Shown: positions 35,780-45,189, counted from the first letter of the stretch. The stretch: DNA of 64,000 nucleotides from Pyrinomonadaceae bacterium (GCA_046313635.1 JBKBYA010000007.1:101030-165029); one strand, 5' to 3'. Numbers and translations: made by a program. Notes: generated from the sequence alone by a model not told the origin.

Positions 35780-37831
35780 ATGCCGAAACCAGTATCACCC
35801 ATGGCAACAATTTCACCCGCACAAACTTCCGCGGTCGGTGGCAAGCTCACCATCACGCTCGCCGGAAATCCGAACGCCGGGAAAACGACGCTCTTCAACG
35901 CCCTGACGGGTATGCGGCAGAAGGTTGCAAACTACCCGGGTGTGACGGTGGAGCGCAAGGAGGGCATGTGGCGCCTCGGCGAAGAGTCGGTGCGGTTGAT
36001 CGATTTGCCCGGGCTTTACAGTCTCAACGCGAATTCGATCGACGAGGAAATCGCCCGTGACGCGTTGACCGGTAAGATATCCGGCTTGAACGCGCCCCAC
36101 TGCATCATCGCCGTCGTCGACGCGACGAATCTGGACAGAAATCTGTATCTCTTCACGCAGCTTCTTGAGTACCGGATCCCGATAGTCGTTGCGCTCACCA
36201 TGATCGACGAAGCCGAAGCGCGTGAAACAAAAATCGACGCCACCAAGCTCTCTTCACATCTGAAGGTGCCGGTCGTCCCCGTCGTCGCGGGGAAGCGGCG
36301 CGGGCTCGAAGATTTAACGGAAGCGGTCGAGAAGGCCGTCAAAAGCGCCCCCCCCGCACAGGTGGAATTTCCGTTCTTGGATCGCGATGGTACGGAAGCG
36401 CAAAACGGCAACGCCTCGATTCTGGCGCGCTACAGTTGGATCGCTAATGCGGTGCAGGAGTCCGTCAATGAGCGCGAAGAATCCGGCGAGCGTTCCTTCA
36501 GCGAGAAACTCGATGGCGTTCTGACACATAAAGTTTTCGGGTTGTTGATCCTCGTCGGAATCTTGTTGTTCGTCTTCCAGACGATTTTCTCGTGGGCGCA
36601 GTTGCCGATGGATCTGCTCGATTCAGTGTTCGGGGCGCTGCAGAATGCCGCGAGAGACGCACTTCCGCCCGGGCTCCTAAACGACCTGATCGCCAACGGC
36701 ATCATCGCTGGGGTCGGCGGCGTGATGATCTTTCTGCCGCAGATCGTTTTGCTGTTCCTCTTCATCTCGATTCTCGAAGACACCGGTTACATGGCGCGGG
36801 CGGCTTTTCTGCTCGATAAATTGATGAGCAAAGCCGGGTTGCACGGCAAAGCATTTGTGCCTTTGATGAGCAGCTTCGCGTGCGCTATCCCAGGCGTGAT
36901 GGCGACCAGAACGATCGAGAACCCGAGAGACCGTCTGGCGACGATCATGATCGCGCCGTTCATGAGCTGCTCGGCCCGACTCCCCGTTTACACCATGATG
37001 GTCGGGGCGTTTTTCACCGGGCAATACGTGCTCGGCTTCATCTCAGTCGGCGCGGTGCTGATCCTGTCGATGTATGTCCTGGGCGTGGTGACGGCGATCG
37101 TCGTCGCGTTCGTTCTGAAACGGACGATCCTTAAAGGCCCCACGCCGCCGCTCTTGATGGAACTGCCGCCCTATCGGATACCGAATTTCAAGGTCGTTTT
37201 TCTGAACGTATACCAACGCGCAGGGATGTTCGTTAAACGAGCCGGGACCGTGATTCTGGCGATCTCGATAATCCTCTGGGCGTTGGCGAACTTCCCGCGC
37301 CCGCCGAAAGTCGGGTCCGACGCGGCAGTCGCCGAGACGCATATCGAAAAAACTAACCAGTTGGACGAGGAGAAACAGAAGCAAGTAGAAACCGAGGCCG
37401 CCGCCGAGCAACTTCGGTACAGCATCGCCGGGCGGATGGGCAAAACGATCGAGCCGGTGATCGCCCCGCTCGGGTACGACTGGAAAATCGGTATCGGGCT
37501 TATTTCCAGTTTCGCAGCCCGTGAGACGTTCGTTTCGACGATGAGCATCCTGTACAACGTCGGCAAGGACGAGGAAGCGACCTCGCAGTCATTACTCCAA
37601 GCGATGCGCGATGCGAAACGGGACGATGGCTCGCCCGTGTGGACTCCTCTGCTCGCGCTGACGACGATGATGTTTTACTTGCTGGCGTTTCAGTGTATGT
37701 CCACGTTCGCGACCGTCAGGCGCGAAACCAACTCGTGGGGCTGGACGTTTTTTATGGTCGGCTATATGACCGCCCTGGCTTATGTCGTCACCTTCCTTGT
37801 TTATCAGGGCGGCAAGCTTTTGGGATTCTAA
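35780..37831 (+). CDS. feoB: Ferrous iron transporter FeoB
   Basis: GNPNAGKT, NYPGVTVE, DLPG, DTGYMAR, PFMSCSARLPVY, MELPPY. Confidence 0.96.
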   Translation: MPKPVSPMATISPAQTSAVGGKLTITLAGNPNAGKTTLFNALTGMRQKVANYPGVTVERKEGMWRLGEESVRLIDLPGLYSLNANSIDEEIARDALTGKISGLNAPHCIIAVVDATNLDRNLYLFTQLLEYRIPIVVALTMIDEAEARETKIDATKLSSHLKVPVVPVVAGKRRGLEDLTEAVEKAVKSAPPAQVEFPFLDRDGTEAQNGNASILARYSWIANAVQESVNEREESGERSFSEKLDGVLTHKVFGLLILVGILLFVFQTIFSWAQLPMDLLDSVFGALQNAARDALPPGLLNDLIANGIIAGVGGVMIFLPQIVLLFLFISILEDTGYMARAAFLLDKLMSKAGLHGKAFVPLMSSFACAIPGVMATRTIENPRDRLATIMIAPFMSCSARLPVYTMMVGAFFTGQYVLGFISVGAVLILSMYVLGVVTAIVVAFVLKRTILKGPTPPLLMELPPYRIPNFKVVFLNVYQRAGMFVKRAGTVILAISIILWALANFPRPPKVGSDAAVAETHIEKTNQLDEEKQKQVETEAAAEQLRYSIAGRMGKTIEPVIAPLGYDWKIGIGLISSFAARETFVSTMSILYNVGKDEEATSQSLLQAMRDAKRDDGSPVWTPLLALTTMMFYLLAFQCMSTFATVRRETNSWGWTFFMVGYMTALAYVVTFLVYQGGKLLGF

Positions 37832-37857
37832 GAAAAGTGATTCGAACGAGTAAAGCT

Positions 37858-38235
37858 ATGAGCGAAAAAGCGGCACAACCGGTGGGCGATGCGTGCGAGA
37901 TTCAATTCGTTGACGAAGGCAAAGTGGAAAACGTCCGCCGCGCGATGAAGTCGGCCGAAGCAATTGGTTTGCTCGCCGAGACTTTCAGAATATTGGGCGA
38001 CCCGACGCGAATCAAAATCGCATTCGCTTTATCAAAAGAAGAATTGTGCGTCTGCGACATCGCCAATCTTTTGGGCGTCTCGCAGTCGGCGGTTTCGCAT
38101 TCCTTGCGGACGCTGCGGCAGATGAAACTCGTCCGTTTCCGCAAGGAAGGTAAAATCGCCTACTACACTCTCGACGACGAGCACATCGCCAATCTTTTCG
38201 ACGAAGGCTTCCGGCACGTCGAAGAATTGTTGTAA
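37858..38235 (+). CDS. ArsR/SmtB-family metalloregulator (CadC/SmtB-like)
   Basis: DACE, ELCVCDIA, SQSAVSHSLR, DDEH..HVEE. Confidence 0.93.
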   Translation: MSEKAAQPVGDACEIQFVDEGKVENVRRAMKSAEAIGLLAETFRILGDPTRIKIAFALSKEELCVCDIANLLGVSQSAVSHSLRTLRQMKLVRFRKEGKIAYYTLDDEHIANLFDEGFRHVEELL

Positions 38236-38295
38236 GGCGCCGGATACATATTTTTGACCACGAGTGAAGGGGAAAACACTTGGTCGCGGGCAGCT

Positions 38296-38955
38296 ATGAA
38301 AACAGAGAGTAAAGAAAATTACATTCCAGCGTTAGGTCTGGATTTTCTCACGCCTTTTTACGACTTGGTGGTGAAGTGGACTACTCGGGAAAAAGTTTTC
38401 AAAGGAAAGTTGGTCGAGCAAGTCGAAATCGCTTCGAACGGGCGGCTGTTGGATTTGGCTTGCGGGACGGCGACCTTGACCGTCGCGTTGAAACGTAGAT
38501 TTCCTCAGGCGGAAATTCATGGACTAGACGGTGACGCGAAAATTCTTCGCATTGCCCGCCGCAAAGCTGCCGCCAACGGTGCTGAAATAAATTTCAGCGA
38601 AGCCTTATCAACCGCACTGCCGTACCCGGACGAGCATTTCGACGCGATCGTGACGAGCTTGTTCTTTCATCATTTGACGCCCGCAAACAAGCGAAAGACT
38701 CTTGGGGAAGTGTTCAGGGTTTTAAAGACCGGAGGCACCTTGCACCTTGCCGATTGGGGTAAGGCCGCAAATATTCTGATGAAGGCAGCCTCGCAGCCGA
38801 TCGTCTGGCTCGACGGCGCGACGACGGCGGACAGCCTGCAGGGAAGGTTGCCGGAACTTGCGGCGGGCGCGGGTTTTACTGAAATCCGCGAGACGGCAAA
38901 TTTCGGAACATTTTTCGGCACGATTCGCATTCACAAAGCACGAAAACCACTTTAG
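38296..38955 (+). CDS. Class I SAM-dependent methyltransferase
   Basis: LLDLACGTAT, SLFFHHL, RVLKTGG. Confidence 0.9.
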   Translation: MKTESKENYIPALGLDFLTPFYDLVVKWTTREKVFKGKLVEQVEIASNGRLLDLACGTATLTVALKRRFPQAEIHGLDGDAKILRIARRKAAANGAEINFSEALSTALPYPDEHFDAIVTSLFFHHLTPANKRKTLGEVFRVLKTGGTLHLADWGKAANILMKAASQPIVWLDGATTADSLQGRLPELAAGAGFTEIRETANFGTFFGTIRIHKARKPL

Positions 38956-39014
38956 GATATGCAATCGAAAACGCTCGGGGCGGGCCGTACACATTCAGAT
39001 GGCTGGAGACGGAA

Positions 39015-39671
39015 ATGAATCTGCACCTGCGCGATATCGCAAATAAGCACGAATGGCATAACGTCCGATGGTTCCGCAGGATGGCGCCGGTTTATGACAT
39101 CGTTGAGATTTTCGCGCGTCACATACGAGAAAAGGTTGTGATCGATTCGGGGTTATCTCATGGCGCAAGGGTGTTGGATATGGCTTGCGGAACCGGGGCG
39201 CAGAGTGTCGCGTTCGCGAAATATGGATTTTCCGTCGTCGGGGTTGACTTATCACCGGACATGCTCGCACGCGCAAAAATGAAAGTCAGAAATGGTTACG
39301 ACGTAACATTTATTTGTCGGGACGCGTCGAGCGTCCCTTACGCCGATTCGCATTTCGACCTTTCGACCGTTTCCTTCGGACTTCACGACATGCCGGAGCA
39401 AATCGGTCTGGCGGTTTTGCGAGAAATGCGGCGGGTGACGAAACCGGACGGCAAGATCGTGATCGTGGACTACGACGTGCCGCGAAATGCACTTTCGGCT
39501 TTTCTGGGCCACGCCGTCGCAAAAACTTGGGAGACCGTATATTACGACCATTTTCTAAAAGCCGGCCTGCAGCACTACTTGGTCGAAGCGGAACTTTCGG
39601 CGGAAGAGAAAGAGAATTTTGTATTCGCGAATGTTCAAAAGGTGTTATGCACGAACCGTAAGCGGACCTGA
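39015..39671 (+). CDS. Class I SAM-dependent methyltransferase (UbiE-like)
   Basis: VLDMACGTG, GVDLSPDML, SFGLHDM, RVTKPDG. Confidence 0.9.
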   Translation: MNLHLRDIANKHEWHNVRWFRRMAPVYDIVEIFARHIREKVVIDSGLSHGARVLDMACGTGAQSVAFAKYGFSVVGVDLSPDMLARAKMKVRNGYDVTFICRDASSVPYADSHFDLSTVSFGLHDMPEQIGLAVLREMRRVTKPDGKIVIVDYDVPRNALSAFLGHAVAKTWETVYYDHFLKAGLQHYLVEAELSAEEKENFVFANVQKVLCTNRKRT

Positions 39672-39775
39672 TTAGTCTACGGACTCCCGCACCGTAGCAT
39701 TCACGAGGTGGGAAGTTGACCCGACGATCATTTCGTCTGTTGGTAAAAGCGAAAGCCCGAAGGTTGATTTAAGGA

Positions 39776-40579
39776 ATGGAGAAGACAGTTTTTCACATAC
39801 CGCAGATGGATTGCCCGTCCGAAGAGAATCTGATCAGGCTTAGGCTCGACGGGATCGCCGAGATAAAGCACCTCGCGTTTGACATTCCGCAGCGACGACT
39901 GACCGTTCATCACGAAGGGCGGCTAAGCGAAATCGAAAGTTCGATAGCGGATCTAAATTTGGGCGGCACCCGCGTCAGCACGGAGCAATCGGAAGAGGTC
40001 CAATTCGAAGAACCCGCGAAACAGCGGAAACTATTGTGGACGGTTCTCGCGATCAACTTCGGATTTTTCGCGATCGAGATGGCGACGGGTTTGATCTCAG
40101 GCTCGATGGGCCTGGTCGCCGACAGCCTCGACATGCTCGCCGACTCGTTCGTTTACGGAATTAGCTTGTTTGCGGTCGGAGCCACCCTGGCGCGAAAACA
40201 GCGCATCGCTACGCTTGCGGGCTATCTTCAGATCGCGCTCGCCACCATCGGCTTCGTCGAGGTTATCCGCAGATTCTTAGGCGTTGAGGAGATGCCGGAC
40301 TTCGCCACGATGATCGTCATTTCGATCCTCGCTCTGGTCGCGAACGGGCTCTGTCTTTATCTGCTGCAAAAATCCAAGAGCAACGAGGCGCACATGCAGG
40401 CGAGTGCCATCTTCACGTCCAACGACGTGATCATCAACCTGGGCGTGATCGCGGCCGGAGTGCTGGTCTACTTGTTCGGATCGAACAAGCCGGATCTGAT
40501 CGTCGGGACCATCGTGTTCATGGTGGTCCTGCGCGGGGCATTGCGGATCCTGAGATTGGGGAAACCCGCCGATGGATAG
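39776..40579 (+). CDS. HMA domain fused to a CDF-type cation transporter
   Basis: MDCPSEE N-terminal domain; ADSLDMLAD; FTSND. Confidence 0.88.
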   Translation: MEKTVFHIPQMDCPSEENLIRLRLDGIAEIKHLAFDIPQRRLTVHHEGRLSEIESSIADLNLGGTRVSTEQSEEVQFEEPAKQRKLLWTVLAINFGFFAIEMATGLISGSMGLVADSLDMLADSFVYGISLFAVGATLARKQRIATLAGYLQIALATIGFVEVIRRFLGVEEMPDFATMIVISILALVANGLCLYLLQKSKSNEAHMQASAIFTSNDVIINLGVIAAGVLVYLFGSNKPDLIVGTIVFMVVLRGALRILRLGKPADG

Positions 40580-40775
40580 ATCCGCTACATTTTGGGTCAC
40601 CGTTGTCGTGGCTGTCATCCTTGCGGCGGTTCTTTACGCACTCGCGAGGCACGCATTGCGCCGGTTCAAGTTTTCGAAGCGGGACATGAAGGCGGCCGGG
40701 TTGAACCGCAAGGAGCGACGGCAATTCACGGCGCGGCGGAAGGGGGCACGGCGGAGCGGCAATAAGCGTTTCTAA
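40572..40775 (+). CDS. Small membrane protein with a basic tail
   Basis: 67 aa, one TM helix; fills the operon gap exactly. Confidence 0.5.
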   Translation: MDRSATFWVTVVVAVILAAVLYALARHALRRFKFSKRDMKAAGLNRKERRQFTARRKGARRSGNKRF

Positions 40776-40782
40776 AAAAAAC

Positions 40783-41373
40783 ATGGATCGTTACACGCTA
40801 CTTACCTACCTCATCGTTTACCTTACCGTCGCGTTCGTTCTGCCGACGTACCGGGTCTGGAAACGCACAGGGCTCAACCCCGTCACGTTCGGCGGAACCG
40901 ATAGCGCCCACGATTATGTGGGGATGCTGTTCAAGATGGTGATGCTGATCCTATTGCTCGCGACCGGCGCGAGGGCGTTGCTCCCCGCGGTCGATGAGTA
41001 CCTGATACCGATATCCTGGCTTGAAATCGATCTCTTTCGGTACGTCGGCTACGCCCTGCTCCTCGCCTCGCTCGTATGGGTCGTGACGGCCCAGGTCCAA
41101 ATGGCCGACTCGTGGCGGATCGGGATCGACTCCTCGAAGACGCAACTCGCGAGTACGGGCCTTTTCGGTGTCTCGCGGAACCCGATCTTCCTCGGGATGG
41201 TGGGCACCTAGCTGGGCCTCTTGCTCGTGCTGCCGAACGCATTGACGCTTACGATTTTCGCTCTAGATTTTGCACTGATGCAGATTCAGGTGCGTCTGGA
41301 AGAAGAATTCTTACGACGGTCGCAAGAGGGCGAATACGAGGAATACGCGAATCGAGTGCGGCGTTGGTTGTGA
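40783..41373 (+). pseudogene. Isoprenylcysteine carboxyl methyltransferase-family gene interrupted by an in-frame TAG (41209-41211)
   Basis: SWRIGID, TGLFGVSRNPIFLGM; after the TAG the frame continues to QIQVRLEEEFL..YEEYANRVRRWL. Confidence 0.82.
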
Positions 41374-41423
41374 GGTCAGCCATCGGATACATTTGAGGCT
41401 CGCACGATCGCTGGAGGAATTTA

Positions 41424-41786
41424 ATGTCTTTGACCATAAAGGAACTTGTCACGTACGTCCCGTCCGAGGATTTCGGTGTTTCGCAGCGCTTTTACCGGGG
41501 CCTCGGTTTCGAATTGACGGAGGGCTGGGGCGGGACTATGGATTGCAGACTCGGAAACGCTATCTTCCGACTGCAGAACTACTACAACAAGGACTGGGCG
41601 GAGAATTTCATGATGAAGTTCGATGTCGATGACATCGAAGCGTGGCACGCACATGCGAAAGAGGTCATCGACACGGGCGCATTCGGCCACGCCAGATACG
41701 ATAAGGCGATCGAGCTGGTCGGTGGCGACACGAAGATCTTTCACGTTTGGGACCCGTGCGGGATTTTGCTGATCTTCATCGGTTAG
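41424..41786 (+). CDS. VOC/glyoxalase-family protein
   Basis: YVPSEDF..SQRFYRGLGF, WAENFMM, DPCGIL. Confidence 0.85.
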   Translation: MSLTIKELVTYVPSEDFGVSQRFYRGLGFELTEGWGGTMDCRLGNAIFRLQNYYNKDWAENFMMKFDVDDIEAWHAHAKEVIDTGAFGHARYDKAIELVGGDTKIFHVWDPCGILLIFIG

Positions 41787-41805
41787 CGTATGCGTCTCAG
41801 TCCAC

Positions 41806-41837
41806 TTGACCCTGGACCTAACTCAAGGGTGTACAAT
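41806..41837 (+). promoter_or_regulatory. MerR-type promoter/operator with a 20-bp spacer
   Basis: TTGACC-N20-TACAAT; dyad ACCCTGGA-N6-TCAAGGGT. Confidence 0.82.
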
Positions 41838-41845
41838 GCTGCCTG

Positions 41846-42259
41846 ATGCATGGTTTCTTTCCCATCGGTGAAGTTGCGGAGCGCTGCAACGTCAGCATCG
41901 ACACGGTCCGGTATTACGAACGTCGCAAGCTTCTACCGGAAGCTCCGAGGACCGCGGGCGGATACCGCCTGTTCGGCCCGGAGGCGATCGAACGCATCTT
42001 CTTCATCAAGCAGGCGCAAGATCTCGGCTTCACGCTGGAGGAGGTCTCGACGCTTCTTTCCGCCGACGGGACGGGCGATTGCCGGCACGTTCACGACCTG
42101 CTCAACGCGAAGCTGGCGGACCTGGACTCCAAGTTGAAGGCGATGCAGAAGTTTCGCCGAAAACTCAAGCATTACCTCGACGAATGCAAGGCCGAGTTGC
42201 GCCGGCACCCGGGATCGGCTTCGTGTCCGGTCGCGATAGAGATCGCGCACGGGACCTAA
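41846..42259 (+). CDS. MerR-family heavy-metal regulator (three Cys)
   Basis: IGEVA..TVRYYERR, GYRLF, AQDLGFTLEEV; GDC, DEC, SCP. Confidence 0.93.
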   Translation: MHGFFPIGEVAERCNVSIDTVRYYERRKLLPEAPRTAGGYRLFGPEAIERIFFIKQAQDLGFTLEEVSTLLSADGTGDCRHVHDLLNAKLADLDSKLKAMQKFRRKLKHYLDECKAELRRHPGSASCPVAIEIAHGT

Positions 42260-42262
42260 GAT

Positions 42263-42640
42263 ATGGCGACGAACATTCTCGATAAGGTGGGATCGGTCGG
42301 GGCGCTCGTGGCGGGTGCGGCGGTGCCCTGTTGTTTTCCGTTCCTCAGCCTCGCAGGGTCGATCCTGGGGTTGAGTTTTCTCGCACCATACGAGAGCTAC
42401 GTTCTTTACTCGATGCAGGTGTTCGTCGTCGTCGCTTTGATCGGCGCGGTCGTCGCGTACCGGGGCCACCGAAAGGTTCTTCCGCTGATCCTTGGCATGG
42501 TGTCGGGAGCAGCGGTGCTTTATTCGCTCAACGCGGATATGAATGTCAAGATCCTGTACCCGGGCCTCGCCGGCCTCGTGATCGTTGCGATTTGGAATTC
42601 AATCGAAGCGAGGCGTTGTGCCGAAATATGCAAGAAGTAA
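42263..42640 (+). CDS. MerC/MerT-like metal transporter
   Basis: LDKVGSVGALVA..PCCFPFL..G..LGL.FL; four TM helices; C-terminal CxxC-like Cys pair. Confidence 0.8.
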   Translation: MATNILDKVGSVGALVAGAAVPCCFPFLSLAGSILGLSFLAPYESYVLYSMQVFVVVALIGAVVAYRGHRKVLPLILGMVSGAAVLYSLNADMNVKILYPGLAGLVIVAIWNSIEARRCAEICKK

Positions 42641-44256
42641 TGACGGGTCCGGACCACACGCAAGAAACCAATTCCGACCGTCTGCTTGAGAGTCTTTCGC
42701 ATGCGGTGAGTCTTACCGTTCTTGAACTCGACGCCAACCCTCAGAAGTTGGTGCCCGCTTTTTTCCTTGCGAATCTCATGTCCCCGGCGCTATGGGATTG
42801 GCGGAATGAGAAACGGGCGGTAAATGAGCACGGGGTCGTATACAGCCCCCGCAACCGGTTGAATCAGATCCAGCGATTCTTCCACCGGTACACCTTCACG
42901 AACCTGCCCGATCGACCCGGCGGCGATCCATGGGGGCTGATCTCCTTCGACGAGGAAGAACGAAGGTTCGGCGCGGAGTTCGTTCGCAGGATCCGGTCGG
43001 AATACGACACAACACTTCGACAACTGCATGTCGAGAATCCGGAATCGCAATTCGGCCAGATCGTGAATGAGCCTTACTACGCCCGGGGCCTTTTCCCGAG
43101 GCTCAAGAACGAAACATTAGAGGTGATGAATGCGTTCGCCACGACCAACGAAGAAGGTAAGGCTTCCGGGAAATGTTGGGGGCTCGCAGCGCTCTGGGCC
43201 GCGGCGCTGGTCGTTTGGGGCCGCTTTCCCTTGGACCAGGTGGTTATCACCGGGAATCGAGCGCATGTGTTCGTTTACCTCGACGTGGAGGACGGGCATC
43301 TACTGAACAATACAAAATGGTTCAGCACCACAAGGATCAACAACCGGTCGAAATTATCAGATTTTGTTCGGGTAGTTGCTTCCGGTCCGGAGACGACCTT
43401 CTTCTATAGTCCGTCGGTCGGGATGTGCCATTGCATATCGCGCACTTCGCAGATACCGCACCATCAGGTTAAAGACATATACCGCCGAATCGGCGAGTTT
43501 GTCTCTAATCCCCTTAAGCACCCCGACCCGGAACAGATTCGATACATCGAGCCGTCGCACGCTGTCCCAGATCCCTTAGACCACGATTCCGCGGAGAGTT
43601 ACCAGTCCGCGATCCACCAGTTGGCTCGCGAATATCCGGGTTCGATCTTCGAGTACGCACTTTACGTGTTCAGAAGTTTGCGCGTTCGCAACCCGGAAGT
43701 GTACATACGCGCCGCACTCCGCGAGCCCAACACGACTGTGCTTGCCGCCGAGGTGGCGACGCTCGACGATGCGTTGTCGATCGTTCGCGGCATCGAGGGA
43801 AATTCATCGATATTCGGGAGCCGCGACCGGATCGCGATGCCGGATGAGGTCGTTTACTTTGATACCGGTCACGAGGCGGAAAAGTCCTTGCTTTTGTACA
43901 CCTTGCTGCGGAAGTCCTCACTTGCAAATCTCGATAGTTCGCTTTTGCTTACGAAGGACCACAGCCTTGTGATGGTGAACGGGCGACCCGTTTACCCGGA
44001 AAGCTGCGTTTCGTTCGAGCTAGGTGAAAACACGGTCGGGACGGCCCCGACGACGATTAGCCTGAGCGCGACCATAACTTGCCCGAAGTGCGGATTCGTG
44101 AAGGCCGAACAGATGCCAACGAACGCTTGCGTCTTTTTTTACGAATGCACGAACTGCCTGGACCTCCTTAAGCCGCTCCCCGGTGATTGTTGCGTTTTCT
44201 GTTCGTACGGTTCGGTGCAGTGCCCGCCGAAAGGGGCGGGAAACGGCTGTTGTTAG
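42640..44256 (+). CDS. Transglutaminase/papain-like protein fused to a C-terminal GDCCVxC metal-binding domain
   Basis: TAATG coupling; GKCWGLA..AHVFVYL..LLNN; C-terminal CPKCG..MPTNACVFFYECTNC..KP..GDCCVFCSYGSVQCPP. Confidence 0.72.
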   Translation: MTGPDHTQETNSDRLLESLSHAVSLTVLELDANPQKLVPAFFLANLMSPALWDWRNEKRAVNEHGVVYSPRNRLNQIQRFFHRYTFTNLPDRPGGDPWGLISFDEEERRFGAEFVRRIRSEYDTTLRQLHVENPESQFGQIVNEPYYARGLFPRLKNETLEVMNAFATTNEEGKASGKCWGLAALWAAALVVWGRFPLDQVVITGNRAHVFVYLDVEDGHLLNNTKWFSTTRINNRSKLSDFVRVVASGPETTFFYSPSVGMCHCISRTSQIPHHQVKDIYRRIGEFVSNPLKHPDPEQIRYIEPSHAVPDPLDHDSAESYQSAIHQLAREYPGSIFEYALYVFRSLRVRNPEVYIRAALREPNTTVLAAEVATLDDALSIVRGIEGNSSIFGSRDRIAMPDEVVYFDTGHEAEKSLLLYTLLRKSSLANLDSSLLLTKDHSLVMVNGRPVYPESCVSFELGENTVGTAPTTISLSATITCPKCGFVKAEQMPTNACVFFYECTNCLDLLKPLPGDCCVFCSYGSVQCPPKGAGNGCC

Positions 44257-44266
44257 AGGTGTAAAT

Positions 44267-44824
44267 ATGAAACGCATTTATATCAAGATAGGCGTCGTGG
44301 CGGCGGTGCTGCTCGGGTTCGCGGCCTTGGCCGTTTATCAATTCAGCGGCGGGAGCGAGTTTTCTTCGAACATCGGCGACCTCAAATCCCAATTCAACAA
44401 GGACAAGGGCAAGGTGAGGCTGGTGGTTCTGCTGGCCCCGACCTGAGGGCACTGCCTTCGGGGGGCTTCCGAAATTCATCAGGTCCTGATGGATTTGAAA
44501 GATCAAAACATCGAGGTTTATTCGGTTTGGGTGCCGATCCTCCCGTCGGATTTTGAACTGACCGTCGGGCGGGCCACCAAATCGCTCCCCGAGCCGCGCG
44601 TTCATCACTACTGGGACGGCGGCGGCGAACTGGTCAAGGGCTATGCTGCCGTATTGGGGATCGACGATCAGGCCTGGGACGTCTATCTGCTTTACGATAA
44701 AGATGCGGAGTGGAAAGACGGACCGCCGAAGCCTATCTATTGGCAGGAACAATTAGGAATATCGGAAGAAACGAAGCTGGACGGTGCGAAACTTACAGCC
44801 GAGATCAATAAACTGCTGAAATAG
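44267..44824 (+). CDS. Putative selenoprotein: membrane-anchored thioredoxin-like protein with UxxC (Sec60, UGA 44444-44446)
   Basis: Two annotated ORFs are in one frame, joined through TGA: VRLVVLLAPT-U-GHCLRGASEI..VYSVWVPIL..HHYWD..AWDVYLLY; hairpin at 44457-44473. Confidence 0.88.
44457..44473 (+). other. Candidate bacterial SECIS element
   Basis: TTCGGG-GGGCT-TCCGAA beginning at +11 after the UGA; G-rich loop. Confidence 0.62.
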
Positions 44825-44838
44825 GTTTGTGGGGACGA

Positions 44839-45189
44839 ATGAGAACAGCCCAAAAGATCGCGAGCATACTCATCATCGCCCTCGGTCTCCTTCATTGCTC
44901 CTTCACGTTCCGAAACTACTACGGTATTTCGTATGAGGCGGCGTGGTTCCTAGGGACCGGCGTCGCGATCGTGCTGGCGGGGTTCTTGAATATTGCTCTC
45001 CTCCGCACCGGAGCGCGGGACGTGGTTATCTGGACGATGGCCCTCATCGCGAACGTGTTTTTTCTACTCGGGTTCGCCGCCTCGTCGTACATGATGCGGC
45101 AGCCGCAGGTGTTCGTGGGGGCCGCACTGTTCCTCACCGCAACGACCTACTGCTTCGTGGTCAAACCAGCTGAATCTAGGAATTGGTAA
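44839..45189 (+). CDS. Small four-TM membrane protein
   Basis: Four hydrophobic segments; GLLH, AAWFLGTG. Confidence 0.75.
   Translation: MRTAQKIASILIIALGLLHCSFTFRNYYGISYEAAWFLGTGVAIVLAGFLNIALLRTGARDVVIWTMALIANVFFLLGFAASSYMMRQPQVFVGAALFLTATTYCFVVKPAESRNW

Noticed and set aside
41209..41211. Pyrrolysine recoding of the TAG
   Set aside because: The position is in a TM helix, not catalytic, and no pyl genes are visible; a point mutation is simpler
44060..44256. Selenocysteine in the GDCCVxC domain
   Set aside because: All Cys positions are TGC/TGT, and the gene ends in TAG
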